From Nitrospirota bacterium (GTDB lineage Bacteria; Nitrospirota; Nitrospiria; Nitrospirales; NS-4), in NCBI GenBank assembly GCA_963788195.1, contig CAWBGA010000017.1, positions 704,001 through 768,000 of the forward strand: 64,000 bases of DNA, in the 5' to 3' direction. The translations under genes were made by a program, and so were the position numbers. The notes below the pieces were generated by a model. The model made no database searches. It saw only the letters and a program-made list of their open reading frames with translations, and was not told the origin of the DNA. Every line of letters starts with the position of its first letter. Within the stretch, counting starts at the first letter, position 1. Of the stretch, positions 51,750 through 63,478 are shown piece by piece.

Positions 51750-54700
51750 TCACGCCTCCCGGGCAACAGGGACACGGACATGGATCGCGGGGAGCCGCAC
51801 CGTGAAGATCGTACCCTTGCCTACCTGACTGCGCACCTGAATCTCACCTCCATGACGTTGCACGATGCCCAGGCTGACCGATAGCCCAAGCCCGGTGCCC
51901 TCACCTTGGCCCTTGGTCGTGAAGAATGGATCGAAGATCTTTGGCAATACATCAGTTGGGATGCCGCTACCCGTATCTTCAACCTCGATCACACAAGCGC
52001 GCTCCTCCTGCCGGGAGCGTACGGTCACCACCCCATCTCCCTTGATCGCTTGAACTGCGTTCAAGAGGAGATTCATCAGCACCTGCTCAATCATGTGGCC
52101 GTCCGCCGTGAGCGGAGGCAGTTGCGTTCCCAGCTCTCTGCTTATGCGGACGCCGCTGCTTTCGAAGGCATAGTTCGTGAGCGACAGGACACGTTCGATC
52201 AAGGAGTTCACGTCCGTGAGCGCAAGCTCGGGATCATGTTGCTGTGAAAAGTCCAGCAGCTGGCGTACGATTTTCTGAACCCGGCGAATTCCATCCTCCA
52301 TCGACACGAGATATTCGGATTGGCGCTCAGGTGAGATGGTTCCTTTGCGAAGATTGTACAGACAATTGAGAATCCCTCCGAGCGGATTGTTGATCTCATG
52401 CGCCACCCCGGCGGACAGTTTCCCGATGGAGGCCAGTTTCTCGGCGTTGAGCACCTGTTGTTCGAGCTGCTTCTTGTCTGTGATATCACGGGCAATCCCC
52501 AGGACGCCCATGATCCCGCCATTGTTATCACGGAGCGGCGACACGCTGACCAGCGCCGTGCGAAGCTCGCCGTCGCGGGTGAGTAGCTCGACCTCGTATG
52601 CCTGCTTGGTGCCGATATCGAGAGTGGTGCGTAGGCGCTTGCCGCGGTGACGCCTGGACATCAGTGATAGATACGGCCGCCCAAGCAGATCTTCTTTGCA
52701 GTAGCCCCAGATCTCCACTTTGCTGTTCACGTATGTGAAACGCTGATCCAGGTCGAGCGTATAGATGACGTCGTTGGCATTCTCCAGCAGATTTTCCAGG
52801 TACGTCTTGGTCTCAGCGATCTCACGCGTGCGCTCGACTACCTTTAACTCCAAGGCCTCGCTGTATTCCTGAAGTTGGCGTTCCAGCTGCTTGCGTTCAG
52901 TGATATCCCTGAGCTGCACCATGAAGAAAGTCATCGTTCCGGATTCAATGCTGGTCAGGTCGACCTCCATGGACACCGGTCTCCCGGCCCGGTCAAAAAT
53001 CTTCAGCTCCACAGTCGGGGTCTTGAGCGCCCCGCCCAAGATCTCCTTCATAAGGGCGGTGACCGCCGCCTGATCCTTGGGCAGGACAAGATCCAGGAAG
53101 CGCCGACCCAGAAGTTGCTCCTCCGGATACCTCAGAACCGTCTCTTGTCGCCGGTTCACGGCCACGATGTTGCCGCCGGAGTTCACCATCAGCACGGAAT
53201 CGGCGGCCTCATCAAAAAGAATTTTGTAGCGTTGCTGAGACTCCACCAAAGCTTCCGTTCGGCGCGCCACCTCCTGTTCGAGGCCTTCGGTATGGCGGCG
53301 TACCTGCGCCTCCAATGCCTTCCTGGCCGTGATGTCCCGGACAAAGGCTCGCATGTATACGAGGCTGCCCTGATCAAATAAGACAGTTGTATGGATTTCC
53401 ACATCGAGAGACGCGCCTGCCTGTGTCAAAAACACTGTCTCCAGGGACCCCCGGCCGTCTGTCTTCAGACGTACAAGGTACTTTTGCACGACCCCGTGGC
53501 ATTCCTCAGGGACTATCTCCCACAGCTTTTTCCGGGCAATCTGCTCCTGGGTATAGCCCAGCTTTTCGCTGGTCGTCGAATTGATGTGAACAAAGTGGCC
53601 TGTCTCATCCAACTGGAGGATCATTTCCGGAGAGTTCTCGATAAGGTCGCGATACCGTTCATCCAGCCGTCGGATTTCGGCCATCTGATCCTCGAGTGCC
53701 TGGAAGGACCGGCTTAAGCTGGAGGCCATCTGGTTGAACGTCTCGGCGAGCTTCTGGATCTCGTCGCCCGTGGCAATCTCCAGTCGTTGATTAAGCTCAC
53801 CGCGGCCGATCAGCGCCGCCTTTTCTTGAAGTTCCTGAATGGGACGGACGATCCGACGCGCCAAAAATCGCCCGGCGAGCAGCATCAGCAGAAAAACCCC
53901 CACAGCGCCTGCAGACACCTTTTTCATGAGTTCTCTGAGTGGTGCATAGGTCTCTGACGGATCCTGTCGCACAAACCCTATCCACTGAATTCCTTCTCCG
54001 CCTAAGCTTTCTTTCGCCAGGGGAGTCTGAAGGCGAACAGGGGCAAAGCCTACAATGGAATTGTGTCCGCCGTGCGCATCATCCTCTGCTATGACCCATC
54101 CGGCGCGTGGCTGCGTAATTTGATGCATCAGATCGGCGTTAATTGTATGCCTCTCGGGAGACAGGATGGGGCAAATCAGCGGCTTCCCCGCTGAATTCAA
54201 AAGCATGGCGTGCCCGTGTTCCCCTAAGCGAACTTCCTGAATAGCTTTGAACAGTTCGTCAGGCCTTACGCGGACATTAACGGCGCCAACGGCCTTGCGC
54301 TGAGCATCATCCCAAATCGGTGCCGAGACATCGATCACGTAATGCCCGAGCGCCTGATCAAAGACAAGATCGCTCACGTACACTTGGCCTCTGCCGCCTT
54401 GGTAGGAGGCCTGCCACCATAGGCTCTTGCTCTGGTCGTATGCAGCCCGAGGGCTCGAACTGACGACAAGCGCGCCTTGATTGTCGGCCACTAAAATTGA
54501 AATGTATTCGCCCTTGCGGATCCGGATCCAATCGATCAAATAATCGATTGCCATCTTGTTGATATAGTCCGGAAACTGGTTCGGATCCTTCCGGGCATTC
54601 CAGCGGCCTTCCCACTCTTGAATCATCCTGCGGATCGATGCCGCGCCACGGCCGGCATAACTTCGGTTCGAATCAATCACCGCCGATCTCACAATTGGTA

Positions 54701-54935
54701 TCGTTGCGAGCTGCTGGGCTTCACTGGTAAGTTGGGTGACTTGCAGTTCGATCTTTCCCGCTGCTTCAATCGCGATTTGCTGAAAGTCACGACCTATCGT
54801 GTCCCGGATCACCCGGTATTCTTCATAACCCGTGATAAAGATTGAAAATGCCAGTGGCAATAGGCCGATCAGGGCCATTGCAGTAATCAGCCGACTTTGC
54901 AGGCTATGGTGGGGGGAAAGGACGCTTTTAACCAC
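51750..54935 (-). CDS. Sensor histidine kinase (Cache, HAMP, three PAS, HisKA, HATPase)
   Basis: Two TMs; HAMP ([13 protein letters not shown]); PAS ends [35 protein letters not shown]. Confidence 0.93.
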   Translation of the reverse strand: MVKSVLSPHHSLQSRLITAMALIGLLPLAFSIFITGYEEYRVIRDTIGRDFQQIAIEAAGKIELQVTQLTSEAQQLATIPIVRSAVIDSNRSYAGRGAASIRRMIQEWEGRWNARKDPNQFPDYINKMAIDYLIDWIRIRKGEYISILVADNQGALVVSSSPRAAYDQSKSLWWQASYQGGRGQVYVSDLVFDQALGHYVIDVSAPIWDDAQRKAVGAVNVRVRPDELFKAIQEVRLGEHGHAMLLNSAGKPLICPILSPERHTINADLMHQITQPRAGWVIAEDDAHGGHNSIVGFAPVRLQTPLAKESLGGEGIQWIGFVRQDPSETYAPLRELMKKVSAGAVGVFLLMLLAGRFLARRIVRPIQELQEKAALIGRGELNQRLEIATGDEIQKLAETFNQMASSLSRSFQALEDQMAEIRRLDERYRDLIENSPEMILQLDETGHFVHINSTTSEKLGYTQEQIARKKLWEIVPEECHGVVQKYLVRLKTDGRGSLETVFLTQAGASLDVEIHTTVLFDQGSLVYMRAFVRDITARKALEAQVRRHTEGLEQEVARRTEALVESQQRYKILFDEAADSVLMVNSGGNIVAVNRRQETVLRYPEEQLLGRRFLDLVLPKDQAAVTALMKEILGGALKTPTVELKIFDRAGRPVSMEVDLTSIESGTMTFFMVQLRDITERKQLERQLQEYSEALELKVVERTREIAETKTYLENLLENANDVIYTLDLDQRFTYVNSKVEIWGYCKEDLLGRPYLSLMSRRHRGKRLRTTLDIGTKQAYEVELLTRDGELRTALVSVSPLRDNNGGIMGVLGIARDITDKKQLEQQVLNAEKLASIGKLSAGVAHEINNPLGGILNCLYNLRKGTISPERQSEYLVSMEDGIRRVQKIVRQLLDFSQQHDPELALTDVNSLIERVLSLTNYAFESSGVRISRELGTQLPPLTADGHMIEQVLMNLLLNAVQAIKGDGVVTVRSRQEERACVIEVEDTGSGIPTDVLPKIFDPFFTTKGQGEGTGLGLSVSLGIVQRHGGEIQVRSQVGKGTIFTVRLPAIHVRVPVAREA

Positions 54936-55001
54936 AGTTTGTTACCGTTTCGTTACATTCTGTGGTCGTCACCGTCTATTGTCAAGGACTACAGCCGGGC
55001 G

Positions 55002-55794
55002 CTACTCCCCAACCCGGACCAGTAAGCCCTTGTCCTTGCAGACCGAAAACATCACATGAAACCACAGGATCAGTCCCGAAAGGTACACGAGGTTGAGACC
55101 GGAAGCCCAGGCAAGCTCGGCGATCGGGAAAGCTCCCGGTGGTAATCACGCTCCGCATGCCTTCAAAAATATGCGCGGGGGGGTTCATCCATGCGATGGC
55201 CTGGAGCCACCCTGGCAACACGCTCATGGGGTAAAATACGCACGAAATAGGCTGAAACAGGAACACTAAACCCCAGGCCAGCACCTCCACTTCCTGGCCA
55301 TAGCGCATGATCAGTCCGGTCGTCAGGATACCGATACACCAGCCAAACACGATAAGATTCAGAATGAACGGAACGAACGAAACTCCAATGACAAAAATGT
55401 TAAAGGAGTAAAACAGCAAGGCGGCCATGACCGTCACACACGAGACGGCGACGACCTTTCCAACGCTGAGCAGCATGGTGGCCGCCAGGAACTCGGCTGG
55501 TTTCAGCGGACTCGCGAACAGGTTCATGAGATTCCGCGACCAGACTTCTTCCAAGAATGATATGGTGATGCCCTGTTGCGCGCGAAAGAGCACGTCCCAC
55601 AAGATCAGCGCTCCAAGAAAAAACGTGACAAAGCTCGGCAGGGCACTCTTATATTGCGCGAGATAGAGAGTGATGAATCCCCAAATCACCAGATCCACAA
55701 ACGGCCAGTAGATGATCTCCATCACTCTCGGGAAGCTTCGTCGATACAGATAAAGATGCCTCGTGAGTAGGGCCTCAATGCGATGGAGTTTCAT
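55002..55794 (-). CDS. ABC-2 type exporter permease; frameshift near 55130
   Basis: SCVFYPMSVLPGWLQ; the last TM (LAWASGLNLVYL...VGE*) is in another frame, ending at 55002. Confidence 0.85.
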
Positions 55795-56534
55795 ATCGCC
55801 GCCGGCCAGCTGCCTCGCGCCAACTTCACGAAGACCTCCTCGAGATCGGTCTCACCGAACTGGTTTTTGATCGCTTGCGCGGTGCCTTCAGCGATGATCC
55901 GGCCTCGAGATAAAAAGATGATGCGGTCGGACATCTCCTCCATTTCGCGCATGTTATGAGAGGTGTACAACACCGACATGCCGCTACTGCGGCGCATCTC
56001 CAGTATGAGAGCCCGGGTTTTTGCGGCGATGTCGGGATCGAGGCTCCCCGTTGGCTCATCGAGGAACAAGACTTTCGGATCGGTCAGAAAGGCTTTGGCG
56101 AGCGAGAGGCGGGTCACCTGGCCGGATGAGAGCTTGCGCGTGAGCTTGGTTCGAAATTCCTCCATCTCCAGCCGCTTGATGATGTGGTCAATGCGTGAGC
56201 CCAGCCTGTCCAAGCCGTAGAGTTTCCCCACCACCCGGAGGTTTTCCTCCACCGTGAGGGCTTGAGGCATCGACACATAGGTCGAAGAAAAATTCACCTG
56301 ATTGAGAATTGCCTCGCGGTTCTGCTCGAACGGCAGGCCGAATACTTGGATGGTGCCGCTGGTCGGAGTGATCACACCGAGGAGCATGTGAATGGTCGTG
56401 GTCTTACCCGCGCCATTCGGACCAAGTACGCCGAGAATCTCGCCTTCCCTGATTTCGAACGAGATGCCGTCGACGGCCGTGAACGATCCAAAGCGTTTGG
56501 TCAGATTTCGGACTTCAACAACGGATTGCGCCAT
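55791..56534 (-). CDS. ABC transporter ATP-binding protein
   Basis: GPNGAGKTT, LSSGQ, FLDEPT, SH. Confidence 0.93.
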   Translation of the reverse strand: MAQSVVEVRNLTKRFGSFTAVDGISFEIREGEILGVLGPNGAGKTTTIHMLLGVITPTSGTIQVFGLPFEQNREAILNQVNFSSTYVSMPQALTVEENLRVVGKLYGLDRLGSRIDHIIKRLEMEEFRTKLTRKLSSGQVTRLSLAKAFLTDPKVLFLDEPTGSLDPDIAAKTRALILEMRRSSGMSVLYTSHNMREMEEMSDRIIFLSRGRIIAEGTAQAIKNQFGETDLEEVFVKLARGSWPAAI

Positions 56535-56550
56535 AGCGTGTAAGTCGATC

Positions 56551-57262
56551 TTAAAAGAGAGTCTCGGAGAGAGCCTCGGTGTGGCAGGTCGCGCACTTCC
56601 GACTCAATATCTTTCCCTGCGTATTCCTGCTTTCCGTCATGACAGCGAAAGCAGTCGGCGTCCCGATGCGCTTTCACCATGGACGCGTTCAGAGCCTCCT
56701 TCTCCGCATCGGGCAACTCATCCAATTTGATGTGTCCTCGCGGCACCACGATGGGATAACCCTTGTACGGCCTGCTGTGAACGACCGTCGCGTGGCAGGT
56801 CGTGCAGCCCTCTCCCTTTCCACGCTTTTTAAAGGCCTCCATATGCTTCCGATGCTCCATGATCAGCCCGGCTTTCTTAAGTGGTCCCGGAAGGTCTCTG
56901 GTCGCGATCTCAGAAATGCGCAGCATGTTCTGATGACAGGACAGGCAGACTTCCGAATACACGGTCGTTTTCAGGTCGTCTGGCTGCTTCGGGGTTCCGA
57001 ACAGGGTCACCCACACATCATGGGTGCCTTTGATGACCTTATCCTCCACGAAACCCTCGAAGGTCGGTCTGACATGGCAGGCCACGCACGTCACATCCTT
57101 GTGGGTTGAGACGATCCAGGTGTCGTAGGATGGCTTGATGGTATGGCAGGAGGCGCAAAACCGGGGATCATTGGTGAGCGGAATGGCGACCGCGCCGGCG
57201 ACGACCCCTAAGACCGCCAGCGTGATGAGGATCACGGCGATCTTCGGGATGTTCATCTGCAT
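56551..57262 (-). CDS. NapC/NirT-like membrane-anchored multiheme cytochrome c (six CxxCH); frameshift near 56612
   Basis: TM, then TNDPRFCASCH, CVACH, CLSCH, CTTCH, CFRCH; KCATCH in the shifted frame ending TAA at 56551. Confidence 0.85.
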
Positions 57263-57789
57263 CAGGTGATCAAACCGCTCTTACGCGTAAATCGCCCGCT
57301 GATCAAGCCCGCCAGGCCTTCGATGTCGTCGGGGTCGAAGATCGGCACTCCGGAGGGGACATCCTGAAGAGGTTTGTTAGACACAATCGCAAGAAGGCCA
57401 TCAGGGGAAAACGGCACCTCCCCAACATGATCACGCACAATCACGATCTTTGGATGTCCTTCGCTTTTCCATCCCTCGGCAATGATGAGGTCAATGCCGT
57501 CGCTGACATAGCGTTCACGCAATTGCTCAATACCCACTTCCTGCTCCGTGTCCGTAAACAGGGCCAAGCTTCCTTTTGAGGTGACGATGACCGTCTGGGC
57601 CCCCGCCTGCTTGTGCCGCCAGGAATCCTTGCCTTCGGTATCCATATTAAAGCCGTGCCCGGCGTGCTTTATCGTGGCGAGTCGGTACCCTTCCCGGACA
57701 AGCTCAGGGATCAATCGCTCGATCACAGTGGTCTTCCCGCTGTTGGAGCGACCAACGAAGCACAGGATCGGAGCCTCGTTTTGTTTCAT
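57262..57789 (-). CDS. mobB: Molybdopterin-guanine dinucleotide biosynthesis protein B
   Basis: GRSNSGKTT, IKH, D.EGKDSWRH..AGA, IAEGWK. Confidence 0.92.
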   Translation of the reverse strand: MKQNEAPILCFVGRSNSGKTTVIERLIPELVREGYRLATIKHAGHGFNMDTEGKDSWRHKQAGAQTVIVTSKGSLALFTDTEQEVGIEQLRERYVSDGIDLIIAEGWKSEGHPKIVIVRDHVGEVPFSPDGLLAIVSNKPLQDVPSGVPIFDPDDIEGLAGLISGRFTRKSGLIT

Positions 57790-57824
57790 TATCATTATTT
57801 CTATCCGCCCTAAGCCCGTTATTT

Positions 57825-57915
57825 CGTTCGCCATGAGCCCGTCCTGAGCCAAGTCGAAGGGCCTGTCGAAGAGTTCTTGGCCTTCGACGTGCTTCGACAA
57901 GCTCAGCACGAGCGG
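57825..57915. repeat. Nested REP-like palindromic element(s) between moeA and mobB
   Basis: ccgtcctgagccaagtcgaaggg ... cttcgacaagctcagcacgagcgg, plus partial copies (tgtcgaag, cttcgac). Confidence 0.65.
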
Positions 57916-57923
57916 TTAATGCC

Positions 57924-59151
57924 TCAAAACCAGCTCCCAAACACCTGGACGTTCACCACATCACCCGGTTTTAGCTTCTCCACCTCGACGGGAATATCGA
58001 TGAGCCCATTCGCCTTCACCAGGGAGGTCAGAATCCCGGACCCCTGGGGCCCGGTGGTCCGTACCATGAGCATCCCCCGCTCCATCCAAAGTATACCGCG
58101 CAGAAAATGTCGCCGGTCGGGCCGCTTTGAAAACCTCTCCTGGAACACGGCCTGTACCGTGGGGCGCGTCAGCGCTTTGTGGCCGCACATTTGAAGCATC
58201 GCCGGACGGACGAGTTGCTCGAATGTCACCATCGACGAGACAGGATTTCCTGGGAGCCCAAACGCGAGCGTCTTTCCGATCTTGCCGAAGGCAACCGGTT
58301 GGCCTGGACGAATGGCCAGTTTCCAAAAGTTCATCTCGCCACCAAGCTCCTGGAAGACCGGTTTGGTAAAGTCATGGTCACCCATCGACACGCCGCCCGA
58401 GAGCACGAGAATATCCGCGTTCAGGCCTTGGGCAATCTTGGCTTTCAAATCGTCCGGGTTGTCTTTGGCGATACCAAGCAGGTGGGGCAGCCCCCCGGCC
58501 TCCCTCACGGACGCCGCGATGCCATAGCTGTTGGAGTTGATAATCTTCTCGTCCGTCAAGCGCTCATCGAGGTCAGACAGCTCGTCGCCGGTCGAGAGGA
58601 TGGCGACACGTGGCCGCTGGTAGACAAAGACGAACGGCTTTGCCAGAATCGCCAGCATTCCCGGCCTCAGCCGGCCTGATAACCTTGCCTTTGGGAATGA
58701 TGCACTCGCCTTTTCGCACGTCCTCGCCCTGGGGGCGGATGTTGGCACCCGCCTCCTCGGGCTTAAAGACCTTGACTGAATCGGGCTTCGCTTCAGTGTC
58801 CTCGATCTTCAGTACCGTATCCGCGCCTTGAGGAATGGGCGCGCCGGTCATGATGCGAATGGCTTCGCCCTTGCCGACTTTCTTGGTCGAAAACCGTCCA
58901 GCAGGCACCTCTTCGATAACCTTCAGCAGGGTCGGCATGGTGACCGCGTGTTCCTGCTTGATGTCCTCATACCGAACGGCAAAGCCGTCCATCGCGGAGT
59001 TATTCCAGGGGGGATTGTCGCGATCGGCGATAATGTCCTCGGCCAGCACCCGACCGAGGGCGTCAAGCAAGCTGATCTTCTCGACACCGAGGACCGGCAC
59101 GGCCGCCAGGACGATCCGAAGGGCGTCTTCTAAACGCGTGAGGTCGCTCAT
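57924..59151 (-). CDS. moeA: Molybdopterin molybdotransferase; frameshift near 58660
   Basis: SAMDGFAV, IMTGAPIP, NIRPQGED in one frame; STGDEL, SGGVSMG, RPGQP, LPGNPVS, QGSGIL in the next. Confidence 0.93.
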
Positions 59152-60117
59152 TGTTTGATGGGTGAGAAGCCTTTCTTCTGTGGCATCAACAGCGGTCCAC
59201 TGCCGCCCACCCGCTTGCGCACGAACTCTTCGACCTTGTTGGCGAGGTCATGATAGGCCTGCGCGGTGTCGGTGTCGGAACAGAACATCGCGTACGGCTC
59301 TCCGGAATCGCAATGGGCCGCGACGTCAGGATCCAAGGGAATTCGCCCGAGAAACGGCACGGACATATCGTGCGCTGCGGCTTCACCGCCGCCTTTTTTG
59401 AAGACCTCGATTTCCTTGTGGCAATGCGGGCATAAAAGACCACTCATGTTTTCCACGATCCCAATGATCGGTAGTTCACTGTCTTTCACGAAAGTTCACT
59501 GATTTTCGCGAGTCGAGCAGCGCCACCTCTTGCGGCGTCGTCACAATGATGCAGCCCGTCACATCCCCGATGAGATCCATCGTGGTGACGGATTCATTGC
59601 CGGTCCCGGGCGGCAGGTCAACCAAAAGGTAATCCAGTTCCTGCCACTCCACCCCCCCGATGAGCTGGTTGATAAACTCGTATTTGTACGCGTCTCGCCA
59701 GACAATGGGATCATCGGAGTTCTGGAGTAGAAAGGCCATGGATGCGACTTTGATGTTATAGGCCTGGAAGGGAATGATGCCGCCTCCGGCGCTGACCTTG
59801 AGCTTCTGACCCTCCCCGCCGACCATTTTGGGGATATTGGGCCCATGGATATCCATATCCACGACCCCTACCTCTTTGCCGAGCAGGGCAAGGCTCACGG
59901 CCAGATTCGTCGTGACGGTGCTCTTTCCCACACCCCCCTTGTTGCTCATGATGAGAATTTTATTGCGGATGACCGCCATCCGCTTGTTCACAAGCCAGCG
60001 GCTGTGCCCTTCCTTATCCTTCTGGCAGGTCTCGTTCTCATCGCATAAGGCGCACGCCCAGGTATAGGTGCACAGTTGAGACGCGGAGTGCGAGATGATG
60101 GGAATTTCTCCAGGCAT
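59148..60117 (-). CDS. mrp: Mrp/ApbC/Nbp35 Fe-S cluster carrier ATPase; frameshift near 59490
   Basis: N-terminal C...CALC..NETC; KGGVGKST; DIHGPNIP; DLPPGTG; TTPQ; then IVENMS..CPHC in the next frame. Confidence 0.92.
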
Positions 60118-60119
60118 GA

Positions 60120-60590
60120 CTATCTCCCTTGTATCTTGTCGATCGTATGCTCGAATACGGGCAGCACAACACTCAAGTTCTCTTTGGCCCCCCGGGGGCT
60201 CCCCGGAAGGTTCACGATCAAGGTCTTCCCACGAATACCGGCGGTAGCCCGCGAGAGCATGGCCGTTTGAACCTTTTTCAAGCTTTCCCACCTCATCGCT
60301 TCACCGATCCCGGGAATCTCCTTGTCCGCGACTTCCCGGGTGACCTCAGGAACGATGTCCGTCGGCCGCACGCCGGTTCCTCCGACGGTGAGAACGACAT
60401 CGGCCTCCCCTCCGTCGGTCAGCATCTTCAATCGCTCGCGAAGGATGGAAGCTGCATCGGGCACCACCTCGTAAGAGAGCAACGTTCCCGGGATCGAGGC
60501 CACCAGCTCGCTCAGGGGCACTTTTCCCTTGTCTTCTTCCAGTCCCTGGGCAATTTTGCTGCTGACCACCAACACGGCGACCTTGATCAC
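60120..60590 (-). CDS. mog: Molybdopterin adenylyltransferase (MogA/MoaB family)
   Basis: VVPD, TVGGTG..PTD..PE, AMLSR..AGIRG, NLPGSP. Confidence 0.9.
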   Translation of the reverse strand: MIKVAVLVVSSKIAQGLEEDKGKVPLSELVASIPGTLLSYEVVPDAASILRERLKMLTDGGEADVVLTVGGTGVRPTDIVPEVTREVADKEIPGIGEAMRWESLKKVQTAMLSRATAGIRGKTLIVNLPGSPRGAKENLSVVLPVFEHTIDKIQGR

Positions 60591-60594
60591 GGCA

Positions 60595-61560
60595 TCAAGA
60601 GTGGCCAGCCGCCGCGGGCACGGTAGCCGAGCCGGAGGCAACTACTTCCGCAGGTTTCTTTTTGCCGAAGAGCTTCGCGCCGATGATGCCAAGCTCGTAG
60701 AAGGAGTACATCGGCACCGCCATAATGGCCTGATTGAATGGATCCGGAGTAGGCGTGAGGATTGCGGCGACGCCGAAAGAGCCGACGAGAGCCCACTTCC
60801 AGTACTTCCGCAACATCACCGCGTTGACCCAACCCAAACGCGCCAAAAGCGTGATCGCCAGCGGCAATTCAAACATCAGCCCGAAGATCAGGAGAAACCA
60901 GAGGTTAAAGCCGACAAACGCGGCGATCGACAACTGAGGAACGAATCCCGAGTCGATTCCGTACGACACGAGGAAATTCAGGGCAAACGGCAGCACGACA
61001 AAATAACAAAACGTGAGGCCGGCATAGAAGGCCACGCTGCTCAGAATGACGAAGGGCAACACGAACCTGCGCTCATGAGCATGCAGTCCGGGCGCCGTGA
61101 ATATCCAGGTCTCCCAAAGGATATACGGCATCATCAAAAACGTGGCGAATAACATCGAGACTTTCACATTGTTCCAGATCGCTTCGGCCGGCGCCAAAAA
61201 CACCAAGGTCACCTGCTGAATCAGCGGGGACGGTTCCCATCGCATCACAAACTCGCCGGTGGAGAGCCATGCCACCAGCTCCCCGAAGTTCCGATGCTTG
61301 ATGATGCTGTCGAGAGAATACTGGTTGCTGAATTTGACGAAGATGAAGGCATTCTCAAGCGGAATGCGAACGAGCACCATAATGCCTTCAGAAAAGTAGA
61401 ACGAGGTCGCGAAGACAATGCCCAGGATGATCACGGCGCGCGTCAGCCGAATCCGGAGTTCCTCCAGATGCGCCGCGAGGGGCATCTTCGGATCCTCCAT
61501 CGGGGCGAAGATCTTCTTGTGGAATCCTTCGAAGACGCGATGGAAGCGATTTGCCGGCAT
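60595..61560 (-). CDS. tatC: Twin-arginine translocase TatC
   Basis: MPLAAHLEELRIRL, WIFTAPGL..HERR, FGLMFELP, AAILTPTPD, YELG. Confidence 0.95.
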   Translation of the reverse strand: MPANRFHRVFEGFHKKIFAPMEDPKMPLAAHLEELRIRLTRAVIILGIVFATSFYFSEGIMVLVRIPLENAFIFVKFSNQYSLDSIIKHRNFGELVAWLSTGEFVMRWEPSPLIQQVTLVFLAPAEAIWNNVKVSMLFATFLMMPYILWETWIFTAPGLHAHERRFVLPFVILSSVAFYAGLTFCYFVVLPFALNFLVSYGIDSGFVPQLSIAAFVGFNLWFLLIFGLMFELPLAITLLARLGWVNAVMLRKYWKWALVGSFGVAAILTPTPDPFNQAIMAVPMYSFYELGIIGAKLFGKKKPAEVVASGSATVPAAAGHS

Positions 61561-61705
61561 AGAATGTATAGCCGTTGAGCTCTCCCTTTCCTATCTTTCT
61601 TGCCGAGAACCCTGTCCTAGCTTCCCGAGACCTTGCATCTTCGACGCAAGGAGTCGCGAAGAGGAAGAAGGGCGTGAGCGTTACACGCTTTCCGTAGGAC
61701 CATAC

Positions 61706-63280
61706 CTACGGGTTAATAACGATAAAGATTGAACTCCCCTGCCGATTGACGAGGAGGACCGCGTTCTCCTCTTTCTTGATTTTGGCCGCCGCCGCTTCGA
61801 AGTCTTTCACGCCGATAATGGGTTGGCGGTTCACCTCTTGAATGATATCCCCTCGTTGCAGACCTGCCTGTTCCGCCGGACTTCCGGTGTGCACATTTGC
61901 CACCACAACACCGCTCGCCTTTGCCCCCAGGTTGTATTGGGCGCGAGTCTCCTCATCGAGCGGCTTGACTCGCAGGTCCGACAACACATTCAGTGGTCCT
62001 TTTCGTGGCTCGCTGGCTTCGGGGCTTGAACCGGGCTCTGTCCCCCGCGCAAGCATTGCATCCGACGGCCGCTCCGCGATCCGAATCGTCAGCGGCTTTT
62101 CCTGTCCGTCTCGCATAACCTTGATCTTGACGTTAGACCCGACCGGGGTCGCCGCCACCCGGTTCCGGAGCTCGCTGATGCTCTGAACGTCCTTGCCGTC
62201 AAATTCGACGATCACATCGCCCCGTTGCAGGCCCGCCTTCAGCGCCGGTCCTTGTTCGTTGACATCGCTCACCAAAGCGCCTCGTTGCTCTTTCACCTTG
62301 AACGCCTTGGCTAAGTCGGGAGTGATTTCCTGAATTCCAACTCCCAGCCATCCTCGAACAACTTTGCCTGTTTTCTGTAAGCTGTCCGTAATCATCCGGG
62401 CGATTGACACGGGCACCGCAAAGCCGATCCCTTCATTGCCGCCTGTGCGTGAAAAGATGGCGGTATTGATACCAATGAGTTCACCTTTGAGATTCACCAA
62501 CGCGCCGCCGGAGTTCCCCGGGTTGATTGAGGCGTCTGTCTGGATGAAATCTTCGTAGTCCGCAATTCCGACATTGCCTCGGCCGAGCGCGCTGATGATA
62601 CCCATTGTCACGGTTTGAGAGAGACCGAAGGGACTGCCGACCGCAAGGACGATATCTCCGACCTGCAGGCGATCATGATCGCCCCATTTGAGATAAGGCA
62701 GATCTTTGCCTTCGATCTTGAGGACTGCCAGATCCGTCTTGGGATCGGTGCCGATGACCTTGGCGGAAAACTCCCTACGATCGTGCAAGAAGACTTTGAT
62801 CTCTGATGCCTTGTCTACGACATGATTGTTTGTGACGATATACCCTGTGGGATCTATGAGTACGCCCGATCCTCCCGACATTTCGGGGCGAGGAGGACCA
62901 CCGCCTGGGCCTGGCGGGCCCATATCGGGTTCATCCTGTTCGCCAGGAGGGCCAAATGGACCCGGCGGTCCCCCCGGAGGTCCGCCGAACGGTCCAGGCG
63001 GCGGCGCACCGAATGGACCGGGGCCAGGCCGCCCTGGAGGACCTTCATGATCCCGGCGGCGAGGATCGCGAGGACCGCGGACCCGTTCGCCCTGCGTCAC
63101 CTGGATATTCACGACGGCCGGAGTGACCGCCTTCACGATACCCGAAAAACCTTCGACGAGCTGGGGGGGCACGCCGGCAGCGTCCGACAACATCGCCGCC
63201 GGGGGCGAAAACGTACACGCCGCCGCCAGAAGCGCTCCAAGCAAACCACTACCACTCACGACGCCAAACTTTGCCTTCAT
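61706..63280 (-). CDS. DegQ/HtrA serine protease with two PDZ domains; putative lipoprotein
   Basis: LLAAAC lipobox; [24 protein letters not shown]; two PDZ repeats. Confidence 0.94.
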   Translation of the reverse strand: MKAKFGVVSGSGLLGALLAAACTFSPPAAMLSDAAGVPPQLVEGFSGIVKAVTPAVVNIQVTQGERVRGPRDPRRRDHEGPPGRPGPGPFGAPPPGPFGGPPGGPPGPFGPPGEQDEPDMGPPGPGGGPPRPEMSGGSGVLIDPTGYIVTNNHVVDKASEIKVFLHDRREFSAKVIGTDPKTDLAVLKIEGKDLPYLKWGDHDRLQVGDIVLAVGSPFGLSQTVTMGIISALGRGNVGIADYEDFIQTDASINPGNSGGALVNLKGELIGINTAIFSRTGGNEGIGFAVPVSIARMITDSLQKTGKVVRGWLGVGIQEITPDLAKAFKVKEQRGALVSDVNEQGPALKAGLQRGDVIVEFDGKDVQSISELRNRVAATPVGSNVKIKVMRDGQEKPLTIRIAERPSDAMLARGTEPGSSPEASEPRKGPLNVLSDLRVKPLDEETRAQYNLGAKASGVVVANVHTGSPAEQAGLQRGDIIQEVNRQPIIGVKDFEAAAAKIKKEENAVLLVNRQGSSIFIVINP

Positions 63281-63415
63281 GGGTAGCCTCTCACGATGAG
63301 AAAGATGGATGGTCTATGTGAAGAAATATCATACAACAAGACGTTCGGATTTGTCACTGGCGTGGGAGCGTTTCGTCGCATAGCAATGCCCTGGAGAATA
63401 CGGCCGTATGAGCCT

Positions 63416-63453
63416 AAAAGAAAGGGCCCGGGTCGAAAGCCGACCCGGGCCCT
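63416..63453 (-). terminator. Rho-independent terminator after the porin gene
   Basis: agggcccgggtcg-aaagc-cgacccgggccct, a 13 bp stem, followed by TTCTTTT on the minus strand. Confidence 0.85.
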
Positions 63454-63478
63454 ATGCTCGGACCGCTAACGTCTTACT

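Noticed and set aside
61600..61700. Structured RNA between degQ and tatC
   Set aside because: Only one modest hairpin (CCTTGC/GCAAGG); no recognisable family.
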